This document shows, piece by piece, positions 32,430 to 46,164 of a stretch of 64,000 nucleotides of DNA (the stretch's first letter is position 1; every line of letters begins with the position of its first letter). This stretch comes from Eledone cirrhosa (lineage: Eukaryota), in assembly GCA_964016885.1 (NCBI GenBank), contig OZ024744.1:89652001-89716000 (forward strand), read 5' to 3'. The notes under the pieces were generated by a model. That model was not told the DNA's origin and did not search any database. It saw only the letters and a program-made list of their open reading frames with translations. The position numbers and the translations under genes were made by a program.

Positions 32430-33232
32430 ATATAATAAATAAATAACAAAGAACGCTTATAGCATATGCATATCTTTACTTGCTAACATTGTTTCATCCA
32501 CACTATAAGTGGGACTCATCAGAGCATAAAGGTTAAATTACATACCATACAAGCAATAACAAATCCAAGACATTGAAGAATGAAAGGTAATAATAGACGA
32601 TAGAGGATAAGAATAAAAAGTAAATAAAAATAAGAGTGAAAATAAAAATAAAAATAAAAATAAAAATAAAAATAAAAATAAGGGGTGCTATCTGTCACAG
32701 TTGGGCGGTGTGCTGTCAACATATAGTTACATACAAGCATACACATGGATAAGAGAACAGACAAGAGTAGACACATGGATAAGAGAACAGACAAGAGTAG
32801 ATAAGATAATGGGATTAGGTAAGAGTAGGTAAAAAATAGGTAAGAAATAGGTAAAAAACAGACTTATAATATATATAAAAAGAAATACAAAGAAATACAT
32901 AACAAACTTACATATAAAATATAAAATATAGGGTAAGGAATGAGATAAAATAATATACAATTAAAAATTAAAAATTATATACATAGAACATAATATAGTA
33001 TAATCGTAAAATAAGATAAAATAAGGTAAACTAAAATCAAATAACATAGACTAAATTAAAATTAAAATCAAATGTGTAATTATAATTATATGTATAATTA
33101 AATGTAATTAAATGTAATTAAATAAATAAATAAAGAAATAAATAAATAAAAATTAAAAATTAAAAATTAAATAAATAAATAAAATTAAAATTTAAATTTT
33201 AAAATTTTAAAATTAAAATCTAAATTTAAATA

Positions 33233-33271
<39 letters not shown>

Positions 33272-35160
33272 ATGGAGTCAAGTAAGTAAATAAATAAAAT
33301 TAGATAACATGAAATGAAATAAAATAAAATGAAATAAAGTAAATTGAGATAAGATATATATTTTTTTAGAATATATCTCTTGAATATATCAGGGGCCCAC
33401 GAAGGCACTAAATGTCACAGTTATGTGTATCACTTGACCAATTTTTCAAAATACATTTCTTGAAAACATCAGGGGCCCACGAAGGCACTAAGTGTCACAG
33501 TCACCAGTATCACTTGACCATTGCAAGGCAATGGAGGCGTTCCAGGTTGGGCAGTCTCGAAAGTTCACTCGAAAGTCATGGGTGTGCATTCACACAGTTG
33601 AGCGGTGGGGTAATCACAAACCGGTTCACACACCAATTTTTTAAAAATATATATTTCTTGAGAACATCAGGGGCCCACGAAGGCGCTAAGTGTCACAGTC
33701 ACCAGTATCACTCGAGCGGTGGGGTAATCACAAACCGGTTCAACACGGGCAGGAGTCAAATGGTCAGAAAGGTGCATCAAAGGAGTTAGAAGAATTCACA
33801 TGCAAGCGTTAGGTTAAAGCAATCAGGTACAGTTGTAGCGCATGCAAAATACAAAATATAAAAGCCATTAAGTCACCGCATTGGGACATCACAAGATTGT
33901 ACACATCAATATGTTCAGTACGTATATGCACGTATACACACCACATGCACATGCAGAGACGGTATACATATATATATATATATTTTTTTTTATATATATA
34001 CACACAGACACATATAACCACCTACACCCATACACATATAAATGTATACACGGGCACACACGCACACACACACAGCGTAGGATACCCGGGTCAAAGTCGA
34101 TATTAAATACGATATTAAATACAATATTAAATATTAAACACCGAAATACCACATTAGATCAGACCCACCACCACAGGTAATATATTCAAATAAATACATA
34201 CGATGAGATGTATTAAAATACAGTTGAAATCCTACGGAGATATTCATGTCTGCACGTGCCATTGACCGATTCGAGTGTACACAGACCGTTAGTAACTACG
34301 GAGGGCCATCGGGGCCAAAACGTTACTTTCGGGATCATAAAAACGACCGTCAATATAAGGAAGGCCGATCGTTGCTAGGAAGACTACAACCCCGGGTAAG
34401 AGTTCCCAGAGGTCAGCCTGTAGATCTTGAACCACAGAATATGAGGGCAACACATATATGCGCCACGTATCCACTGCTTACGGCAGGATGGCTCGGGTCC
34501 GCCACAGTTACAGGCTAAATTTCTACTAGTGCAGCCTAAATCACAGTATACGCTTTACATAAATACATTACATCACAACTCATGCGCATACAGAGGTACA
34601 AATCAACAAGATATACGTCAGGATAGGTCCACCAATGCACTAATGGTGGGTAGGCCAGCGTGGATGGGTTACATCCACTGTACCAAACAGGGGTGCTTAT
34701 TAACATACACTCCCCTGCACACCCCAATATCAAGATCAATATCCTCCCACAGGCATACGTATACATTCACAGACTCGTATACATAGACGACCAACATTAG
34801 GAGACAGTTACACACAGTCAGAGACAGTTACACAAGACAGCCCAACTGGAGGAATAAGGACGTGCTAGCTAACAGGTTTAAAGTAGAAGAAAGAGCTTAA
34901 TATTCGGTGGGGGCAAGAGGAAAAAATTTCAGACTTTCTATTTAGTAGAGGGCATTTAGCAAATATAATAGAGTGGGATTCGGCAAGGCACAGGTTGCAT
35001 ACTCTACTATGAGGAGTATATGGATGGGACTTAGCAACCTGCCGCCAAGTAAGTGTGTAAGGTGTCCGTGCATTTTTTAAATTATGGACGTACGCTGCCA
35101 AGGAGGTGGAGTTCTTCAGTTTATACTGCCTGCTGGATAAGTGGAGTGTTATACACCCCT
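32430..35160 (-). mobile_element. 5'-truncated PLE: GIY-YIG C-terminus, ~2.3-kb 3' region, terminal hammerhead
   Basis: ORF 34865-35101 [33 protein letters not shown]; hammerhead on the same strand at 32481-32526. Confidence 0.8.
32481..32526 (-). ncRNA. Minimal type-I hammerhead
   Basis: tgct-CTGATGA-gtcccac ttata gtgtggat-GAAA-caatg-TT-agca. Confidence 0.78.
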
Positions 35161-35199
35161 GATCCTTTCCCTAGCATACTATGTATATATATATATATA

Positions 35200-35409
<210 letters not shown>

Positions 35410-35600
35410 TATATGTTTCTTTATTAGCCACAGGGGCACAAAAGAAGGGGACAAATACAAAGGGGGAAGTTTACATACAATAAAAACGTGTAAAATAATA
35501 TCACAAATGCAATTTAAAAAATTAGTCGATTTTCCCCAATAGGGGGAGACAGTTCATATGGGTAACATATACCCCCGAAAAAATGTGCAACCCTCATCTC
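35410..35600 (-). mobile_element. Tx1-like LINE 3' UTR fragment
   Basis: Ends cccctgtggctaataaagaaac, resembling 62305-62328. Confidence 0.6.
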
Positions 35601-35959
35601 ATTAAGAAACCACTGGTAAATGAAATAATTGCCTTATGTTGTTTATTACATAACTATATATATATTACATAACTATATATATATAACAGCTATATATATA
35701 TTACATAACTATATATATATAACAGCTATATATATATTACATAACTATATATATATAACAGCTCGACTCCTTTCTCTCCTTCTTCTGCTCCTTCCACCCC
35801 TCCCTCCACTTCACCACCTCTATCTCCACCACCCACGTCCACTTCTTAAACATCTCCGTCGCCTTCGACCCCTCCCACCACTCCCTCGTCACCTCCGCCT
35901 TCTTCAAACCCACCGACTCCCACTCTTACCTCGACTTCACCTCTTCCCACCCCACCCAC

Positions 35960-38356
35960 ACTAAACACTCCATTCCCTACTCCCAACTTCTCAGGATCCG
36001 CCGCCTCTGTAGCCGAGATGCTGACTTTGAGTCCCTGGCCCTTTCCCTAGTCAGCCATTTCATCCGCAGAGGTTACCCCCCCCCTCTCTCGTCCACATCG
36101 CACTCACCCGCGCCCGTGCTGTCCCCCGCTCCACCACCCTCACCCCACGCCACCGCACACTCACCCACCGTCTCCCCTTCCCCATCACCTACCACCCCTC
36201 CACCGCACCATCCGCCGCCTCTTCCGACGCCTCCAGTCCGACCCCTCCACCTCCCACATCTTCCCAACCCCACCACTCCCCTCCTTCAAACGCGCACGCA
36301 ATCTCCGCACCCTCCTCGTCCACAGCTCCCTACCCCCCAACCCACGCTCTGTTCCCCCCCCCCCCGGTTCCTTTCCCTGTTCTAGGCCCCACTGCAACAC
36401 CTGTCCCCACATCACCAACACTACCACCTTCCAGGGTCCCAACGGCCACTCTCTCTCTGTCCGGCATGCCTTCCGCTGCACCTCCTCCAACCTAGTCTAC
36501 GGACAGACGGGACGTCGCCTGGCGGACCGATTCACTGAGCACCTCCGGGATATTCGTCTCGGGGGTAGTTCCCCCATCGCCCGCCACTTTGGTGGCCCTG
36601 GACATTCCGCACGCCATCTCACAGTCTGTGGCCTACTCCAACGCCACGGAACACCCGCCAATCGCCTTAGAGTCGAACAAAGAACTATCTTCATCTTACA
36701 GACCCACACTCCCCCCGGCCTGAACTCCCCACCCTTATTCCTTTATCCTTCGACCGCCCCCCTCCCCCCACACTTATCCCCCACTAACACCACCCTCCTT
36801 TTCACCGCCCACCCCACAACTAACAATACTAACACCTCCACTCCACCCCTCATCCGACCACCCTTCCCCAACTAACATACTAACATCCCTCCCTTCTTCT
36901 CCTCCTCCCCCCTCCTTATCACACGCACACACCCACCGGCACATATATACACGCGCTCACACTAAACACACACCCTACTACCACCACTAACCCTCACCCC
37001 CACACCTCCATCCCACCACCCCGCAACTAACCTCACTAACACCCCCTGACCCCAAACACACGAACACACGCAACTACTTACACCACCCACCCCACACGCA
37101 ACTAACATCACTAACACCCCCCAACCCCACGCACACGTACCCACACACCCTCGTACACCACCAACTCTACACACCCTACCACCACTAACCCCCACTCACA
37201 CCTGCATTCAACCCTTCCCCACCTCCCGTATACGAACACCCACTAACACCCCTTCATTAAACTACACACACACCAGTACTCCACACTCCCTCCATAGAAC
37301 TACACACACCCTTCTCTCCCTGCTCCACTCACACCCTCGCTCCACACTCACTCATCCCACTAACACCTCTACTAATACACACACACACACCCTCCTCACT
37401 CCAACTTTCACACCTACCCATCCTCGCCCCTTTACCATTCCACCGACTGCTGCTATGCCCTCTGACCACCTCCCAGCACAAACAAACACACAGCACTCCC
37501 ACTGCTTGACCACTTCCTGTTGCGCGCGCACCCCACATCTCTCCTCTTCCGACCATCGCTTCATGGAATACTCGTATGTGTAACTTGACCACCACAGAAT
37601 CCACTAAACATCATAGGATTTTACCAACTTTTCAACCATCCTCTTACGTAATCACCTATATAACTCACCCACACACACACCCCCAAAAATGTATTTCTCC
37701 ACACGCCACCTACACCCACAACACGCTTAAACCCCACACACACGTGCTTTCCACCACATATTTACACCCTCAGCCTCCTGATTCCTCTCCCCTCACCCCT
37801 CTATCCACACACGCACAGACACTCCGACCTACAACCCCCCCCCCCCCCCCACACACACACACCTCTTCCTGAACATGCAACCCCGTTCTTCCCCCAACCC
37901 TTACTTTCACATACACACACACACACACACACACACGTACACCTACACACACACACCACCTTCAGCCCTCCCCGCTCGGACACCCCGTCTCCCTCTCCCC
38001 ACTCCACCCGCCACCACCCCTACACACCCCACACCCTTCCACCACCTGTTTTACCCCCCTTTTAATTTCAGTTTATTTTGATCATGCTTTTATATTTAAA
38101 TTTATTTCATTCCTTGTATTTTGATCATGCTTTATTTTTATTTTTATTTTTAATTTCATTCGCACCGTTTCCTTTCGCTATATGTCTCTCCACCACTCCC
38201 CTACACACCCTTTGAACTCTGTTCCCACACACTTCTCACCTGAGGAAGGGCTTATGCCCGAAACGTCGTTCCCACCAACACCCCACTCTCCAGAGCGTGA
38301 AATTAATAAACATTCGCTGTACTGCCTCTCTGTTTTGTTCCTGTTCAAATTTTTCC

Positions 38357-38360
<4 letters not shown>
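35960..38360 (+). mobile_element. Degenerate Neptune-type PLE with pLTR hammerhead
   Basis: LRIRRLCS, RGYP, CNTCPHI, FRCTSSNLVY, GQTGRRLADRFTEH, PIARHF, PGLN; CTGAGGA-agggcttatgccc-GAAAC-GTC at 38240-38267; related pLTR at 47300-47960. Confidence 0.85.
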
Positions 38361-38405
<45 letters not shown>

Positions 38406-38634
38406 CGTTTCTGAATTTGTTTAGCAAGATTCTTTATCTGAAATCGTGTGTTGAAACCGATATTGTTATACTTTGGGAGGGTCATGTTGCCAATAAGAAA
38501 CACACGCACCAGTTGCTTTCACTTCAATTTATTATATATTTATAAATTTATAAATTTACAAATCTACAAACTTATAAATTATAAATTTCTGGTTGGTTGG
38601 TTGGTTCCACAACCAGATAGTTGTTTATATATAT

Positions 38635-38679
38635 AGTCATAGTCCTTTCGTCACACACTCTGTGACCTCTTCAGTGACT
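38635..38679 (-). ncRNA. Minimal hammerhead in the pLTR of the 657-aa PLE
   Basis: agtca-CTGAAGA-g gtcac agagtgt gtgac-GAAA-ggac-TA-tgact. Confidence 0.78.
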
Positions 38680-38957
38680 GGGGATTCCTTTCTTCGTTTC
38701 TGTGCCTTTTCTTTCTTCTATCCTACGCCATTTTGTTTCTGTGTGTGCGTTGTGTGCTCAGTTTGCGCATGTGCCACATCCGGGTGTCTGTGTGTGTTTG
38801 TGTTCATTTTTCTATTTGTTTATTTATTTATTGTTGGTTGGTTGTTTGTTCTATGTGTGTGTGTTTTTTTCATTTTGTCCTGTGTGTGTTTTCGTTTTGT
38901 GTGTGTTTTCAATTATAAGTTGTTTGTTCTATGTGTGTGTGTGTTTTCATTTTGTCC

Positions 38958-40931
38958 TTAATTGTAAGTTGTGATGTTGCTGTTCCACTCATATTTTCTA
39001 TTTAATTTTGGTTTTAATTCTTTTATGCTTACTGCCTCTGTAATTTGCCTAAACATTGCGTCTTTTCTGTGCGTGGATTCTATTTTTATTTCTATGCTCT
39101 CTAATCTACCCCTGTGTTCTATCTTAGCATGTTGGTAGAGCACAGATGATTCTTTATTATCTTGGAGGTCTCGCCAGTGTTCATTTATTCGTTCCCCTAT
39201 ACTACGAGCTGTCTCACCTATGTACACTATATTTTTGTTTCTACATTGTCCTTCAGTACATCTTATGCTATACACTACATTTCTAGTTTTACAGTTAATA
39301 TGGGGACTTATTTTACAGGTTATACATTTCTTATCTATACATGAGGGTCTTTGGAACGGGTATGTCTTGCTAATAAGTGTTTTTACGGAGGTACCAGGTC
39401 TTTCTACTATCTTAATATTGAGATTATGTTTATTTAGGGCCCTTCTAAATTTGTAGGCTAGTTCGCCTCTAGGGGTTGTATTGATGAACATTACACTCTG
39501 GTATTTATTGCTATCATACCATGAGTTTATTCTATTGGCCTTGTTCCTAGTTCTTTCTATTCTATTCCAAAATTTGCTCCTATACAAGGGGCAGGTCCCA
39601 TTTATGTCATTATTTACCATTTTTTCCCATTTGGTTCTGGCTCCTTTATACACTCTGATTCTATCTCTCTGATTATAGCCAGAGAACTGCATACGGTGGA
39701 TGAAGTGTTGTATGTGTCTCGCTAGTTCTTCGGGGTTGCACATGCGGGACACATTTCTCATCACCCGTACCAAATCCGCAATCAGTATGTTGATTTTGGT
39801 ATGGTCCGAAATGGCCGAGTTTCGGTGGATCAGATGTTTGGAAGTCATGGGTTTGGCATAATGGGAATGGAGGATTTGTTTTTGGTTGTTAATGGTATCT
39901 AACCAGAGCTCTGTGTCTAGTACAGGTAATCGATGGTTGGGATGTCTACTTGGGTAGTCTATAGTAACTCTAATGCTCTGGTTGATGGAGTTTGCTATTT
40001 GCTGGATGCTTTCCATTGTGTTTTTCTCTAGTTCCTGACTGTTCTTTAGTGGGGGTGTCTTAACTACGATGTTTATATCATCTACGTAGCGGGAGTACAT
40101 TATCAGGGTTAAGCTGTCTTCTAATTGTTCATTAAGTTTTTGTTTAAGTCTACTGTCCCACCATACCATGAATAAGTTAGCTATGTCGCCTGCAATGCTA
40201 ACACCAATGGCTGCTCCTTCCTCTTGGGAATATGTTTTACCATTAAATTTGAACATATGTTCCTTAAGGGTTAATTTTATGCTGGCCCCTACCGCATGTG
40301 CAATCATTTTCTTCAGTTCATCGTGGTTTTCGGGTGTCCGTATGGCTCTGGTCCACCCGTTCCATCTATCTGTGTGGGTTTTCTTGGCTATTGAGGTAAT
40401 GGTAGGTGGTCTGCCTCTTGCTGGTCTTGTAGGGCACAGGTTGCTAAGGTCATAAGTGTCTAGGTAACTATTACTATAGGTAAGCTTAAGTAGAAGTCCC
40501 AGCTCACTGGTATCAATCCCACGGAACTCAACCTTGCTCTCGCTGATCATTTCTACGCATTTTTCCACAGCAAAATCCACGTCAATAGATGGGTACAGGG
40601 ACACAACATCCATACTGCCTATTATGCAGTTTGTTAGGTCCCCAGATCGGTTACCCGCGCCGATTCTGCTGAGGAGGTCCTCCGTGCTGTCACACACATC
40701 TGGGGACATCTCAGTGATGGGGCGTATGATCAGGGAGAGGAAGTAGGACAGTCTGTAGTTACTAGCAATGTTAGCCCCACAGACTGGTCGTGTTGGTGGT
40801 CCCGTGACAGGGTCCCAGCCCGTTTTATGGTCTTTTCGAAGCCCATACAACGCCGGCACGTCATTGTTCCAGGCCTGGAAGTTGTTGGCAGTCCTTTTGT
40901 TGGGCTGCATTATATTTGTCCACATCACCAT
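38958..40931 (-). CDS. Penelope-like element RT + GIY-YIG endonuclease, 5'-truncated but uninterrupted
   Basis: LYGLRKDHK, SMDVVSLYPSI, GAAIG, RYVDD, LPVLD; CITC..CKTRNVVYSIRC..YIGETAR..RINEH..EAVSI..LNRKYEW. Confidence 0.95.
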   Translation of the reverse strand: MVMWTNIMQPNKRTANNFQAWNNDVPALYGLRKDHKTGWDPVTGPPTRPVCGANIASNYRLSYFLSLIIRPITEMSPDVCDSTEDLLSRIGAGNRSGDLTNCIIGSMDVVSLYPSIDVDFAVEKCVEMISESKVEFRGIDTSELGLLLKLTYSNSYLDTYDLSNLCPTRPARGRPPTITSIAKKTHTDRWNGWTRAIRTPENHDELKKMIAHAVGASIKLTLKEHMFKFNGKTYSQEEGAAIGVSIAGDIANLFMVWWDSRLKQKLNEQLEDSLTLIMYSRYVDDINIVVKTPPLKNSQELEKNTMESIQQIANSINQSIRVTIDYPSRHPNHRLPVLDTELWLDTINNQKQILHSHYAKPMTSKHLIHRNSAISDHTKINILIADLVRVMRNVSRMCNPEELARHIQHFIHRMQFSGYNQRDRIRVYKGARTKWEKMVNNDINGTCPLYRSKFWNRIERTRNKANRINSWYDSNKYQSVMFINTTPRGELAYKFRRALNKHNLNIKIVERPGTSVKTLISKTYPFQRPSCIDKKCITCKISPHINCKTRNVVYSIRCTEGQCRNKNIVYIGETARSIGERINEHWRDLQDNKESSVLYQHAKIEHRGRLESIEIKIESTHRKDAMFRQITEAVSIKELKPKLNRKYEWNSNITTYN

Positions 40932-41140
40932 ATGGGCATTGAGGGCTTTTTCTCTATCCTCATTTTCTCTATCCTCATTTCTCTAATGATTTTAAAAAAC
41001 AAAAAATATAATCTATATTAAAGTGAGGCCGGAAAAGGAAGAAGGAAAGGAAAAATAAACACACATGCAAACACAAACACACACAATTATATACATACAC
41101 ATATATATATACATACACACACACATATACACACACATAT

Positions 41141-41174
<34 letters not shown>

Positions 41175-41283
41175 GTGTATATATATACATACACATACAT
41201 ATACACATACATACATACACACATAATTATCAACATATCCATACATACAAATACACAAACGTGCATACACACACACATATACA

Positions 41284-41343
<60 letters not shown>

Positions 41344-42886
41344 AACATATATATACATACATACACACACATACATATATATACAAATATATATATATAC
41401 ACACATACACATACATATACATACATATATACAAACAGATACATACATACACACAATCATACGTATATACACACGTACATACATACACATACACACATAT
41501 ATACGCGCATGCATGCGCATGCACAAATATAGAAATATGTACACACACCTCTACATACTCACACACACAAATAAATATAAGAAAAAATATAATAATAAAA
41601 ATACCGTCACATAAGAATAAAAAATGAATATAAAAATTATTATAAAGTTGACAGCGATACAGGCAACAAATAAATGAACAAACACACGTGGTAAGCAATA
41701 CACACAATTGCACGTACATATACATACGTAAAAATAAATACATACACACACTCTCACACATACACATACAAATACATATACACATACATACGCATATACA
41801 TATACACACACACACACATATATACATATACATATATACACACACATATATATATATATATATATGACTACCTATCAGTTTATTAAATGCATCATGGCCT
41901 AATCTTTAAGCTGTTCACTTCACAATAATAAGGTCCCCCCATTCAATGCCACTGCTTGGCATGCATTCTGGACATTTTCCATGGCATCGTGTCAACCAAA
42001 GCATTGTGAGTGAAATTGAGTAGACGGAAACCGTTTGGAAGCCCATTTTTGGTGGACTGTATCTATACTTCAATGAAACAGTGTACATATGTCTATAGAA
42101 TGCTCAAAATGTTCAGCCACTTACACGTTAATTTCCTGATGAGGCTGTTCCGTTGATCGAACAACTGTAATGCTCATCGTCGAAACCAACGGAGATCCAT
42201 TCCCTTCCCTTCCCTTCCCTTCCCTTCCCTTCCCTTCCATTTCATTCCATTCTATTCTATTCTAAATAAATATACCTTTAACTTTAAGTAACGTCACTCC
42301 CTTTGAAGATAACAATCTACAGCAACTACACGGAAGATAAGATTAATTTATAAGGGGTGAAAGATATGCTTGCTTGAGTATGAATGAGATAAAATGGATA
42401 AAAAATGTCATTGTTTAAAACAGAGAAAGAAATGCCATTTGTTTTAATCAGACAGTCACAATTATCCAGAGAAGACGTCACTTAGAAAGAAATGAATATA
42501 AGATTTTATGAAGCTTTGTTTTCTCGTGACTAGTATCACACTGATAGGACACTGTAGATTTAGTGAAAAGTAAGGTTGTAATATGCATGAAATAAAGTGT
42601 ATTCTCGACTCCTGAATGTTTGAATTGAATTACTATGTTAACTTCTGATCATATTACAAACAAAAAAAAACCCTAAGATGATATTGGTGGTGGCGGCGGT
42701 GGGGGGGGGGGGGGTATTGGTGGTGAGTGGTTTCTAGTCAGTTGAGATCTTCCCGTTGCTTACAAAAAAAAAAAGAATTATTATATCATTTGTTTTAACA
42801 CAAGATATGCACGGTAAGTCATTTTTTAAAACATTAGAGCTCCCACCTACACACTCATAAACATATATATGTGTGTGTGTGTGTGG

Positions 42887-42971
<85 letters not shown>

Positions 42972-42979
42972 TATATATA

Positions 42980-44180
42980 AATTAATAAAAAAAATAATGA
43001 ATAAAAACAAAGAAACAGTTCCTTATATTAAAAAATTCATCATTTTACGATCGTTTCTAGGATATATATGTTTGTGTTGGTATGTATATCATATAGATCT
43101 ATGTAAACATTTTACAAACTATCAGAGGGAATATACATACCTACACATATATATTCTGTCTTCAGAAATAATGATATTTGCTTATTGAAAAAAACCCAAC
43201 AAAGATTTAATATAATAGGTCTGTTTGGGAACAGGTTTTAAATTGACCAATAGAAAGGTAGTAATTGGTCAAGATGGTAGAATAGTAGTAATAGAACTTT
43301 AATTTAGGGGTAGAGGAAAGCAGATTTCAGTTTTGAATGGAAAGAGTATGATGAATGAAAAGATTATTTTAGGGATGAAAATAGGTCAAGTCGGTAAAAG
43401 GTACACGAAGAATTGATGTTATAAAAGAATAATGCTAATGTAAATATCTAAGGAGAATAACATTTTACGATAAATGTGTTAGTGAAAAATATCAATCTTA
43501 TTTAAAATATAGGGAATTTACATCTATAAAAAGAAAATAAATTAATTAAATTGATAGGTATATTTATATTGATAAATTTATATTAATTCATATAGATATG
43601 ATAAATAAGAGTTAGATGTAATTGAAGAGTGCTGTTAAAAACGAAGGGAAAATAAAAAAATAATAATTATTATTATTGGGGGGGGGGGGGTAAATTTATT
43701 AGTGAGAAATAACAAATTTATACAGATTATAAGGAACATAGAAGCATAACCTGAAATTAAAATAGTTTATATGTATACTTATTGGTATAAATTTTAGGAA
43801 AAGATAGCTGTAAAAGGGAAATAAAATTATGCAGTTCATTAGTAGTAGAATATTAATTATAGGTTAACTAATTTTAAAAAAGTGTTATTATAATAATTTC
43901 TAAAGTGTATATTAATTAGGTTTATAATATTTAAAAGTTCTTCTCAGTTTATGATTACATGATATAATTAATTCCTGTCGTTTATTTAATAGGATATCCT
44001 TAGATTTCATTATTTCAAAAAGTTCCTGGGAACATAATCTACATTCATATCTATTATTTTGATAAGGGGTGGCCCTTTTTAGCACACTCCAGGTCAGGTT
44101 ATAATCTATATTCCTCTTTCTATAATTATTTCAGCTAAAGATGTATTTCAGCTAAAGATGTTGTATTTCAGCTAAAGATG
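42980..44180 (-). mobile_element. PLE remnant not shown in the ORF track
   Basis: Minus strand ~43940-44145 translates to YNLTWSVLKRATPY..CRLCSQE..LLNKRQELIISCNHK; hammerhead downstream. Confidence 0.8.
43040..43171 (-). ncRNA. Hammerhead with ~100-nt stem II domain
   Basis: ttattt-CTGAAGA-cagaatatatatgt...acatatatatccta-GAAA-cgatcg-TA-aaatga. Confidence 0.7.
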
Positions 44181-44434
44181 TTGTAGTTTTAAAAATGCCG
44201 CATTAGGTAATTAAGAATTAAGCCGTACAGTGTCTAGCAACCATCGTTGCTCATTTGTTCAACACTGACAAAGGAACGCTGTACTAGTTTCAAGCTTATT
44301 AGCTATCGTCAATTCGCACTGCGTGATGGCTGTCACCGAAATATATATAGCAGTACATATTTAAAAAACGAAGCCAAATTTTAAATATTTGACTTAATTA
44401 TTTTATTTTATATATACATATATATATATATGTG

Positions 44435-44520
<86 letters not shown>

Positions 44521-44527
44521 TTTATAC

Positions 44528-44586
<59 letters not shown>

Positions 44587-45421
44587 CTCTCTCTCTCTGT
44601 TAGCCTCTTCCTCACTTCCTCACCTTTCACTCACTCACTCTCTGTCACTACCTCTCCTCCTCCCCTTTCTTCCCGTTTGACCTGTCCGTAATCCTTTTCT
44701 CGCGGGCACTTGGCCAAGCCGGTATGAATTTTTTTCTCTCTCTCTCGTCTGCGACTTCACAGAACTTATGTTTACCGAATTCGCAGACCAGACCCCTTCT
44801 TCCTCCCGTTAGACCTGTGCGAAATTCCTTCCTTGCTCACATTTCAACCAGGTTTGATGGTCTGTATTCTCTCGTTCACGATTCCACCGAATTTATATTC
44901 ATAGAAATCTGGGACTTGTTTCTTTCTTCTTCATCACTTTCTGTTGCTTAAACCATTTTGTTTGTTTACCCTAGCGTCCCCTTTATTTACGTGTCCCAAC
45001 GACTTTTTTTAGCCGTTGCTCGCACCAACCTGAGGTATATGGCCTTTAATGCGACGAAATGCCTACGACGGTTGGAAGGCCACTGATGAGGACAAACTTT
45101 TTCATATATATATATATATATTTATATATTATTATACTTGGGGAGGGTCATATTTGTGTAATAATATTGCCAGAATTAATAACACAACACATTCACTGTT
45201 TGGTTGGTTTTCGCTTCTGTGTCTTTTATATCGGTTAATTTAATGTATTCGGTCCTCAATGTTACCATTGACTGACCAACGGTCAAAAATACAGATACAA
45301 TATAGACATAAACACATATATATAGTCTAACAAAGTTCTTTCGTTGCACGTCAGTGGTGCTATTATGTTTCCTCCCGTTGTATTGTATGCCTACGCCATC
45401 TTTATTTAGTCTGTTTATTTA

Positions 45422-45490
<69 letters not shown>

Positions 45491-45604
45491 TTAACACTTT
45501 GTACAGCACTCTTCGCTTTGTTTTTGTTTTCTGTTTTAACTATAATATATATACATACACACATATATATATATATATATGTATGTATATATATATATAT
45601 ATAT

Positions 45605-46034
45605 AGTTAAAAGAATAGAGGTGTAACACACAAGTTATTATATATTGGTAAACGGAATAGAAAATGCTGACAAATTGTTCACAGTTGAAAAATGATTTAA
45701 TTAGGAATAAAAGAGTATTAGTGATTGTATGGGTTAGTATTCAGTTGTGGTTTTAAGTTTTTAAATTTTTTACCGGTTGCGCATTTCTAAATGCTTTTCA
45801 AAAATAATTTTGAGATAGAGTGTCCGTGCTGTTTGCTCTGATCTGAGCAAACAGCACGGACACTCTATCTCAAAATTATTTTTGAAAAGCATTTAGAAAT
45901 GCGCAACCGGTAAAAAATTTAAAAACTTAAAACCACAACTGAATACTAACCCATACAATCACTAATACTCTTTTATTCCTAATTAAACCATTTTTCAACT
46001 GTGAACAATTTGTCAGCATTTTCTATTCCGTTTA

Positions 46035-46042
<8 letters not shown>
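45605..46042. repeat. Fold-back palindrome (45640-46042) with left tail
   Basis: ~200-bp arms with a 6-bp spacer at 45839-45844. Confidence 0.92.
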
Positions 46043-46082
<40 letters not shown>

Positions 46083-46109
46083 AAATGTGGCTTCGTTTAT
46101 TAAATATGT

Positions 46110-46164
46110 ACTGCTATATATATTTCGGTGACAGCCATCATTGGCTGTGACCTCTTCAGGCAGT
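46110..46164 (-). ncRNA. Type-I hammerhead (3287 family)
   Basis: actgc-CTGAAGA-ggtcacagcca..tggctgtcacc-GAAA-tatata-TA-gcagt. Confidence 0.85.

Noticed and set aside
42136-42200. CTGATGA...GAAA as a hammerhead
   Set aside because: No stem I or NUH closure; lies in a SINE-like tail
44282-44312. TTGACGA-tagct..agctt-GAAA-ctag-TA on the minus strand
   Set aside because: Probable hammerhead relic, but stem I does not pair, so it was not called as a feature
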